Of a stretch of DNA of 22,836 nt, positions 12,090-20,473 are shown one piece after another. The translations under genes were made by a program, and so were the position numbers. The notes beneath the pieces were generated by a model. That model did no database searches. It worked only from the letters and a program-made list of their open reading frames with translations, and had not been told where the DNA came from. Origin of the DNA: Vitrella brassicaformis CCMP3155 (lineage: Eukaryota > Protista > Chromerida); the NCBI GenBank assembly GCA_001179505.1, contig CDMY01000767.1, forward strand, positions 1 to 22,836, in the 5' to 3' direction. Positions within the stretch are counted from its first letter, which is position 1. Each line of letters begins with the position of its first letter.

Positions 12090-12500
12090 ATGAACATTCG
12101 AGACCCCGAAGGAGGGCCGGAGAAGGCACACGACAGCTTCAGTCCTTTTTCACCGGTGCGACAGAAAACCGCCAATTTGCGTAGTCTTGGCGGATACGTT
12201 GTTGACTCTCACCGGTCGACGTCGGCTGGTGTGTGTCTCTGCTCTTCTGGCTTTCTGACGTCCCCCGGTGCTCATGAGCCGTCCAGGTATGAAACTTTGT
12301 TGCTGCTCACAGATGCCACAAAAGCGCCGGGCCATACAAAAGCGCCGGGCCATTGTTGGCGGTGCAGCTGCCAAGGGATCCGTAGGAGCTTGTTTACTGT
12401 GACAGCGAGTCGGATCAATGACGTGTGAATGCGAAGTGTATGTGCACAAAAGCGAAAGCTGTCTTTGCCGCGTCCTCTGCTCGGAAAAAAAAGATTGCAC
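12090..12500 (+). repeat. Repeat family A, diverged partial copy
   Basis: cgagacccc, aaccgccaatttgcgtagtcttgg and gagccgtccaggtatgaa...cagctgccaagggatccgtaggagctt align to ~1890-2300. Carries an 18-bp tandem duplication at 12318-12353. Confidence 0.85.
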
Positions 12501-12815
12501 ACGACAGCTCAGATCAGTTTCACGTATCCTGCTCTAGCTGAAAACTGAGCTGGAGGTGGTTATCAGCTCGCAAACAAAATATCGCAAGACCAGCTTTTTT
12601 TCTAGGGGGTCTTTTCAAGATCTGTCTTCGGATATCTGTGGAGGGGGTCACCGCGAGGAACGAGTTTGCTTCGAGGTTCAAATCCGTTCACTCGTTTGCG
12701 CGAAACACGGCGGCAAAAAACCCGGAAAATCGGTTTTGGCTGTTTTCTCTCGGGTTTCTGGTGCGTTCGCCGCGCAAGTCTGTGTGTGAGTGGTTCTTCG
12801 TCTGCTCTTTCCTCA

Positions 12816-14470
12816 CGCAAGCGATTGTCGCTCTGCGCTCCGTGAAACACGAGAACCAGCCACCGAAAGTTGACGGTGCCGTCAACCCAAATCATCACAA
12901 TTGTGTCAATGCATGATACATTTCGCTGTGCTGTGTTCACACGTAAGCGCTCATCGCTTTTCGTCGTTGTCAACAAGAAGAACCAGTCACTGAAAGTTTA
13001 CACAGCCATGAACCATCAGTCACACAATGCATCGTTCACGGCACAACTGCTTTACGCTCTCTTCGTACGCAAGCGGCCGTCGCTCTTCGGCCGCGCAAAC
13101 GAGACCATAGCCGCTGAAAACTTGCTCACCGCCAACTCAACCGCAATCTCCTTGCACACGCTTCAAGGTCGATCTGGTTGATGAAATATATGCGCACAGA
13201 CGCTGCCAAAGAGGAGTCTGCTTCTAGTCGCAATTGCGCCCTGTCGTTCGGGTAAAAGGTGGCGAACACTGGTGTCGGTTACACGGAATTCGGCTGATCT
13301 CTCGGGACTCTCATTCAGTCGATGCAAAAGCAAAAGCATGTATGTCTGATACAACCCGTCATGCTGTGTCTGCACGCCAGCGGCCATCGCCCTGCGCCGT
13401 CTTGAGAAAGAGAACCAGACACCGAAAGTTGGCACAGCTGTGGGCTAAATCAGCACGATTGTGTAAATAAGAGTCCGAGCTCGCATTTTGGGGTTTCTCC
13501 CGGACCGCTCATTTTCTCCTCTGCGGGGCTTTTTCGAGGTTGAAGAAGGCCGAGGACACCTCCGTCTCATCAGTCTGGTCCATATGATGTGCGATTTGCA
13601 GTGAAACACCATGTGGAGCACCCCGGCTGCCCCATCGACCGCCGTTTCTGTGGGCAGCGTGACGTCGCAGGGGTAGGAGAAGCTTTCGGCGGGGGAGGCT
13701 GCAGCAGTGCCTTTCTTCCAGCGACTGTGAGCTGTCCAGAGACGGATGGAAAGCGTCTTCGGTGAGGTAAAATGCAAGGAGGTGAGACGGGCCAAAAGAC
13801 GGGCACTCGGGGTCACATTGCACATGCATGGTGAAACTCAGGCATGCTCTGGCCACTCCGAGTACGTCTTCAAGCCAGTCTATGTGTTGCATGCGAGACG
13901 GGGGCCAGGACCCCCTACCAACCTGTGCACACACGACACACACGGACACCGAGCATACAAGACAGACGCGTACACGCACCCCCACGACATATACCTGGCA
14001 CACCACCTCCCCCGGCCCAGGGGAGTATGCAAGCCGGGCAGCCCTGCCGCCATCAGGGTGAAAACGAACTGGCCTTTTTACGAAATCCAGGGGTAGCCAA
14101 GGGAAACCTTGGTGTGCCGGACACCCGCCCTGGTCTCTGCCTCGTTTTTGCAGGGCTGCTAATCGTTTCCATGGATGCATTTTCGTGCGTTCATAGGAGA
14201 CGCGAATGAATGAATGAATGAATGAAACTGTGGGGCTAAATCAGCACGATTGTGTAAATGCATGATACATCTCGAGTGCAAGGGGCCATCGCTGAGCGCC
14301 CCGTGAAAAGGAGAACACACACACACACACGGGGCACCGAAAGTTTACACAGCCGCCAACTCTTAAATCAGAACGTATCAAATCATGATGCACCTCTCCC
14401 AGCTCTGTCGGCACTTGAGTCGGCTCCGCCGTCACAGGACTAGCCACGCAAAGTTTGCACAGTTGTCTTG
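12816..14470 (+). repeat. Degenerate ~125-bp repeat array (family B), interrupted by inserts
   Basis: Unit cgcaagcggccatcgc...gagaaccagccaccGAAAGTTtacacagc...aaatcancacgattgtgtaaatgcatgatacat. The GAAAGTT-like core lies at 12865, 12992, 13116, 13424, 14339 and ~14449; the first three are spaced 127 and 124 bp. Confidence 0.7.
13469..14227 (+). mobile_element. Probable non-LTR retroposed insertion (5'-truncated LINE/SINE-like) with ~31-bp TSD and (GAAT)n tail
   Basis: Flanked by ctgtggg(g)ctaaatcagcacgattgtgtaaat at 13438-13468 and 14228-14259. Ends in (gaat)5 at 14204-14226. Hairpin ccaagg-gaaa-ccttgg at 14097-14112. No RT or endonuclease motif recognised. Confidence 0.65.
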
Positions 14471-15221
14471 GCTCAAGCCACACGCAAACCAATACGTGGT
14501 CACTGGTCTACGTGTGTCAGACTTCGTACGTGTGTCTTTGTGAAAGACAAACAGTTTGTGCTTGTCTGTCTTTGTGCTTGTCGATTGAATCGTGAGGGTC
14601 TTTTCATCAAAAAGTGTCTACACCGAGAAAACGCTATCTTTATAGCGAATGAATCCCAAACGGCCCCTTAACATGGGCGTGGGTAGACGGCCGCCATTGG
14701 TTGCTGCTAGTCGGTGGTCTCACGTGGAGGAGTTCGAGAGCCCGCGGGGTACACTACATGCCGGCGTCCAGCAGCTGCACCACCTCGAGGGGCTCAGTTG
14801 CCACTCTTTCATGTAGATCTCGTCAAGACGGTACTGCCTTCTGTTGGCCATTGGATATTTCCGGATCACTTCAACTTGAGCCTTCAATCCGAGGTACAGT
14901 TTAGATGTCCCATCAGCTGTTTGTCGTCGGCAACACACCAGATCAACCTATCGGTCTCTCTGAATCGGGAGACTGTGACGTTTGCCAGTCAGCAAGTCAC
15001 TGAGTGTGAAGGACGGTGACATTGATAATCTCTCTCGCTCTCGAATGAAATTTCGCCGAGAAGAAAATGCGGCAAGAAAGAAGTGGCGCAATAAGGGTCA
15101 AAGGGCCTCTGCGGAACAAACATCGAACGCACTTATTGAAGCGACGATGACTTCTCAATTCGATGTTCCAAAATACTATGGTGCGATTGTTTGACATTGT
15201 TCAGTGTGTCTCCCTCGCTCC

Positions 15222-15242
15222 CTCTCTCTCTCTCTCTCTCTC
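15222..15242 (+). repeat. (CT)n microsatellite
   Basis: ctctctctctctctctctctc seen directly. Confidence 0.9.
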
Positions 15243-15379
15243 ACTCAATGATTAGACACTTGTCTTATTGACGCTGTCCAATACTTTGGTTTGAGGCCCT
15301 CTGGCAGCTAATTGAAGCAACTGCAGCCGTAATAATTTGAGTTGAGTCCACGAGACATCAATGCCACATAAACAAAAAA

Positions 15380-17203
15380 AGACCGCCGCCAGACTGTACG
15401 CAATTAGGATGGGGTCAATAGATGGATGCTCGCCGAGTTAATGGCACGTGGATTGGTAAGAACATCCATATCTGAACAGACAGCGCTCGAGACATGACGT
15501 GCAGGCGGCATCAGTTTAGCAAAAATTGCGGATCAGTCATGAATGACAAGGCCGCCAACCGTGCATTCTCCAGCAGATCGCTTACTGCAGCAGCAGACCA
15601 GGCAGGCAGCCTGAAAGCGCTCTCTAGGGCGATCGTTGCAGCCCTTTCCCAATATTGCCGTCAGCCAGGCGTCTCTTCTCCCCATGGGCGTATACGTAGC
15701 ACTTACAACAGCCCCGGCGGCATCCCCCCAGCGAGAGACCCGAGGCATCCGTATCAGCGGCAAGGCTCAGGCAAGGAAGACCGGATCCGTAGGGTCCGCC
15801 CCCCAGGCAGCATTTGGCACACGGGCCTCATTCCGACGTCAAGGCCCCAGCCTAGCTTCGGACATTCGACACGCAAAGGGAAGCTACAGTCAACAAATAA
15901 ATGCTCCAACCTAAAAGTTCAAACGCGGAAACAAGCGCGGAAGACAAATGCACTTGACGCCCAACACATCGCGTGGCTTAGGAGACATGTGTGGCTTAGC
16001 GTCCGTACAACATTCCACACCGCTCTCTTCGTTTCTATCATGCATATACCTCTACTTCCCCTCTGTTCACTGCCGAAGTCGGCTCATGTGAAAGGCGATG
16101 GATGCAGCGTTTTCTGCACCTCCCGTAAACGGATGCGGTCAGCGCAGGTTGCGTAAGAGTGCTCGCAGCCCGGCCAAGCGTACTACTCGTTCATCGTTGA
16201 TCCACTTGAGGCGCTCAACGAGGTACTTGTGAGCTGTGTGCTCTCGTGTCGTAGCTGCTAACGCCCCTTTTCTTGAAGGGAAGCAAGTCTGGGCTCACAT
16301 GATATATACTGTGACCCTTGGGTATTTATACTTTACTAATCGCCGAATGTTCCGATGTAGGGCCATTGTAGGCAAAGACGCCTAGGTCGGTCGGCATACC
16401 TAAGCAGAGTACCTCTATCTTCCGCTTACAAAGCCCAATCATCGCTCACAAGCCGTGTCTCAGACGTCTCTTCAGTCAGATTGACAAAGGAGCCCGTTCT
16501 TCTTACTCAAGTCCAGCCACTCCATCCAGCCTGCCACAGAAAGGCACACGACATGCAGCACATACACGAATGAATTCGAGGACAGCGAGACGCCGGGATT
16601 TTCGCTGCATATGTATGTCTTATAGGTATGCCCACAAGCAGAAGATGCAACCGTCTCCGCTGCATCTGCCAGAGGGAAGTCATCCTAGATGTGCCACTGT
16701 GGATGGGCTAGTTTAGCATGCAGAAACCTGTGCAACACACTTTGAAGGCGGAGGGACTGTCCAACCATGCACAAACGGTGGCGTCACCTGTCGCGCCAGT
16801 TTGTCATTCTCGTACCTTGTGCAGAATCTGTCTTTTTCCGAACAGACCGATACAGATGGATGCAGCAAGGTCCTACAAGACACAACTTTCGCTTTTGTGC
16901 ACATACACTTCACTTCACATAATCCAAGTCGCTGTCAGAGTAAATAAGGTCCTACGGATCCCTTGGCAGCTGGAACACCATCTGTGAGCAGCAACAGCGC
17001 TTTATACCTGGACGGCTCAACAGCACGGACAGAAAACCAGAAAAGCACGACACACACCAGCCGACTTACTAATCCGCCAAGACTACGCAAATTTGAAGAG
17101 TTTCTGTCACCGGTGAGATGTTTCATTCATCCGACTTCACATGAAAAAGGACTACAGCTGTCGTGTGCATCCCCCGGCCTACCTACCGCCGGGGTTTCGA
17201 ATG
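15380..17203 (-). repeat. Repeat family A, diverged inverted copy with ~1 kb of unrelated sequence in the middle (~15780-16815)
   Basis: 15545-15660 is the reverse complement of ~2500-2570 (aaggccgccaaccgtgcattctccagcagatcgc). 15735-15775 matches ~2385-2430. 16820-17203 is the reverse complement of ~1890-2310. Confidence 0.75.
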
Positions 17204-17385
17204 TGCACGTTTCCACCATGGGAGGCAAGTTCACGCTCCATTGCACGTTTCCACCATGGCCAAAAGGGCGATTTCATTGCATCTTTCAGTATTTTAGGCA
17301 CATCACCGTACGCATGAGCAGCAGAGACAGCAGTGAGTTCATCTTCATGATCATTGCGCTCGCTGGACATATGTACCTCATCAAC

Positions 17386-17551
17386 CTACACACATACAGG
17401 CATGCAACACACATAGACACAACACAGCAGAGAGGTGAAACGCGTGAGTGAGTATTGGTACGTACGTATGCGTCACACACGAAATGAATTCACACACACA
17501 TACAAACACGTAGCCCAGCTGTCTGTCTATCCCTTTCCCCTTCTGACTGAC
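17386..17551 (-). other. Putative spliceosomal intron (166 bp, phase 0) in the Copia integrase-RT linker
   Basis: Donor gtcagt at 17551 after codon CTG; TG/pyrimidine-rich end ...tgtatgtgtgtag at 17386. Splicing gives KYMNGL|VDEVHMSSERNDHEDEL...VPKILKDAMKSP in frame; unspliced, the ORF stops and the downstream part is in another frame. Confidence 0.75.
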
Positions 17552-18117
17552 CAGGCCATTCATGTACTTCTGCATGAGCGTCTGGTACTCCTCAGTGGTC
17601 CACACACACTTGACGGTCTCGGTCCCAGGCAGCGATGGTATCCGCCAGCGAATGAAGTCCTCCAATGTCACGCGCGTGACCATCTCGGGGTCGAGAGTGG
17701 CCGTCTGGAGTGAGCCGACGTGGTAGTCCTTGTAGCGGTCCTCAGGGAAGTGAACGTGTCGGCCTGCTCGTGTCGTCGTGCCCTGTGGCTGAGCTGCCTG
17801 CTCAGCTGGGGGCTGAGCTGCAGGTGCCGGTGGGTCAGCTGCCATTGCTGGTGCCGCTGCAAGGGGCTCGTTTGCATGCTGGTGCCGGCATGGGCTCGTC
17901 ATGCTGTGGTGATTGCTGGTGCCGGCATGGGCTCGTCATGCTGTGGTGGTGGTGGTGGTGGTACTGCTGCTGCTGCCGCCTCGTCGTCCAGGTGGTCCGC
18001 ACCGTCATGCTGCTGGTCTGCAATGCCGCCATTGCCTTGGTCCTGCTGTCCGTTATGCTGTGGTGGATCGGCCGCCTCAGCTGCGGCTGGCTGCTCGTGT
18101 TGGTCTGCACCTTCCTG

Positions 18118-19330
18118 CTAATGTTGCTGAGGTTGCTCCCCTTCTGAGCCGTCGTTCTCGGACACAGCCGCAGTGGGCAGAGGGGCTGCTGGTGCTGGTG
18201 GCTGTGGTGCTGGTGCTGGCGGCTGTGGTGGGGGCACTCCTTGCTGGATGAGTGGCGGTGCAGTAGGATGCGGGTGAGCGAAGTAGCCGTGTGGTGGGTA
18301 GGGGGCTGGTCTTGGTTGTGGCGGTGTCGGCACCGCAGGAGTGGCAGGGAAGGGCGTTGCGGGTGTGGTCGTCTTGCTCGCCGTCTTGAGAGGGAACACC
18401 GACTCGTGAACCGACACATCACGTGACTCAACTACCACCGAACGATCTGGGATGAACACACAGTGCACGTCCTTTGTGTTCTCCTTTCTGCCCAGGTACA
18501 CCCCTTTCTCAGCCTTGAAATCAAATGGATGACGGCGAGGACCCTCAGGTGCCTTGCGCTGGTGGACGTAGGCCAGCGCACCAAACGCATGGATGTCTTT
18601 GTAGTCGGGCTTGACACCACGCAGGGCCTCGATGGGGGTCATCAGACGCTCACGAGACAAGGCAGCATGCGGCATACGGTTCCTCAGGTAGGTCGCCCAC
18701 TTGACGGCGTACGGCCACAGCAAGTCGCGAAACGTCCACAGTCCGCTCTGGTGCAGCAGCTTTCTCGACATGTCCACGATGATGCCTATGGAGCGCTCGA
18801 CGATGCCATTCTGGTGCTGATGGTGGGCGGCGCTGAACTCCTGCTTGATGTTGAGGTCGGCGCACGTTGAGCAGAACAGACGAGAGTGGAACTCGCCTCC
18901 GTTGTCGGTGCGAAGACGGTGGATGCCGTGGCCGTCCGTATTCGGTGCGGAAGAGCTTGAGTGCGCGCGCGACGGTGTCGGCGGTGTGGTCGGACAGCAC
19001 ATAGACGAATGCGGCACGAGGGAAGACGCAGACGAAGAGCATGAAGCAGGTGAACCTCGAGATCAAGTTGCCGATGATGCTGGTCTTGACGGGCTTGATG
19101 TCTGCAGTGACGAGGTCGCCGATGAAGTCGGCCTTGATGGGCTCTCCCTCCTTGGGCACTTCGCGCATCGCGCCGAGTTTGCAGCTGTCGCATGGGGGCA
19201 GGTCGTTGGGCACCTTGACGTTCTCGTTCTCGGGCCATTCGCTCATGCGTGAGAGGGCCTTGGCAGTCGCATGGCTCTTGTTGTGCCAGTAGTTGTAGTT
19301 CTGCTCGGACGAGTCGACGGCCAACACACA
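18118..19330 (-). pseudogene. Copia GAG-pre-integrase plus DDE integrase, frameshifted
   Basis: ORF 18650..19552 carries the HHCC zinc domain and the first Asp; ORF 18118..19017 carries TDNGGEF and VERS. Removing a 4-bp duplication (ccgtccgt, 18932-18939) gives TEYGHGIHRLRTDNGGEF in frame. A premature TAG lies at 18118-18120. Confidence 0.92.
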
Positions 19331-19560
19331 CTGATCAACCCTGACAGCAACAGACTCACACACACTGGTTAGCCCTGGGGCATCACCCGTGTTTGTGTGT
19401 CTGTCTATCGCCACCTGCCCGTCATTCTGACCTGAATGTGGGCCGGGGCGAGCACATGGTGCTGCTTTGAAGGGGGCCCCGGACCCCATGCTATGTTGTT
19501 CGGGGCTCAATCGTCCACCACCATTCTCCATCCGTCCCGTGTGCATGGCCATGTCCCCAC
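19331..19560 (-). other. Putative spliceosomal intron (230 bp, phase 0) in Copia pol between protease and pre-integrase
   Basis: Donor gtgggg at 19560 directly after codon CAC; ggctaac branch-like motif ~40 nt before the acceptor gatcag at 19331. Splicing gives KLHFIDFVH|CVLAVDSSEQNYNYWH; read-through hits a TGA. Confidence 0.6.
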
Positions 19561-19587
19561 GTGCACAAAATCGATGAAGTGCAGCTT

Positions 19588-19979
19588 CTGATGAGGCTGT
19601 AGTTGGTTGTCTTGTGCTTTGCTTAGACCATACGGTGGGTATGGTCTAGATCAATACAGGTCGACTCAAGCGTGGGGACTCGAGAGCGATTGAATGAATG
19701 AACGTCAGTCGTGAAAGTCCTCTGCGCAGTGCCGGTCATGCAGCGAGCTCAACCAATGGGCGCTGTGAGCGTTGACAAGGCAGGAAACTGCCGCTGCCAA
19801 ACTCGCAGACGACCGGCAAAAGCAAACACCACGTCTGAGGACATCGCATGCACAGCCAGGCAGACACACAGACAGTGTGGTGTGTGTGGTTGGTGTGTCT
19901 GTCTGCCTGTCCTTCTGTCTGTCTTGATACGCACCAGAGAGTGATTTCAAAAGTGCACCCGAACGAAAAGCGACACGAC
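19588..19979. mobile_element. 392-bp insertion in Copia pol flanked by a 10-bp target-site duplication
   Basis: agtgcagctt occurs at 19578-19587 and 19980-19989. Removing the insert plus one copy (402 bp) restores RCGKLH-FIDFVH in frame. Confidence 0.8.
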
Positions 19980-20439
19980 AGTGCAGCTTGCCGCACCTCG
20001 AGAGGGGAATGCTCACACCGGTGCTCTCGTGGATGAAGTGCGAGGCGACTTGGTGGCTCAGGTAGACACCGTATCCATGCAGGTTGATGTCGTCAGTCGC
20101 AAACACGTTGTACTTGAGGTCGAGCACGACAGCGATGTTGCCGATCGTTAGAGTGACGGGGCCAGATGTGCTCTGCATGGTGAGGGGGAGGGTGCCGACG
20201 GCCTTGATGGGCATGAGATCGTTGGATGCTGTCCTGATTATTTCGGGCACGGCTAGGGGCGAGATGTTGACCAGGTGTTTGCCGTCCCTCACGGCGCTAT
20301 TGGTGGCGGCGCAGTCGACGAGCATGCTGCTCTGCAGGTCGATGGAGTAGAGCTCAGATACGATGGGCTGAACGGTGATGACGCGCTGAGTGATGAGGCA
20401 CCACGAGTCACGGTCGATGTGGTGCTGCTCCACAGTCAC
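19980..20439 (-). pseudogene. Copia aspartic protease region of pol
   Basis: MLVDCAATNSAVRD...GTLPLTMQSTSGPVTLTIGNIAVVLDLKYNVFATDDINLHGYGVYL...PLSRCGKLH follows the Copia protease layout (DSGAT..H, G.G.V.L, NVLYVP.L..NL.SV). Confidence 0.8.
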
Positions 20440-20473
20440 TGGCTGTGCCGTCCCTCCGTTGCCGCGGTTGCCC

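Noticed and set aside
12816-13470. CRISPR-like array
   Set aside because: Eukaryotic context, units are highly degenerate, there is no repeat-spacer structure and no cas genes.
14720-14938. Possible minus-strand exon (DGTSKLYLGLKAQVEVIRKYPMANRRQYRLDEIYMKEW)
   Set aside because: It has plausible splice ends, but no recognisable domain and no partner exons could be joined in frame.
16175-16400. Exon-like fragments (YYSFIVDPLEALNE, KQVWAHMIYTVTLG)
   Set aside because: Too short and discontinuous to assign a gene.
16960-17010. KALLLLTDGVP resembling a vWA-domain motif
   Set aside because: GVP arises only in this copy through a deletion; other family A copies read LLLLTDATE or LLLLTDATK, and no DxSxS motif is present.
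17710-18426. Plus-strand Cys/Trp/Val-rich ORFs
   Set aside because: Antisense shadows of the GC-rich Pro/Gln/Ala linker of the Copia pol.
19588-19715. Possible hammerhead ribozyme (CTGATGAG … GAAA)
   Set aside because: The nearest GAAA is preceded by cagtcgt, so stem II does not close directly onto GAAA, and no stems I/III with an NUH site could be built by eye.
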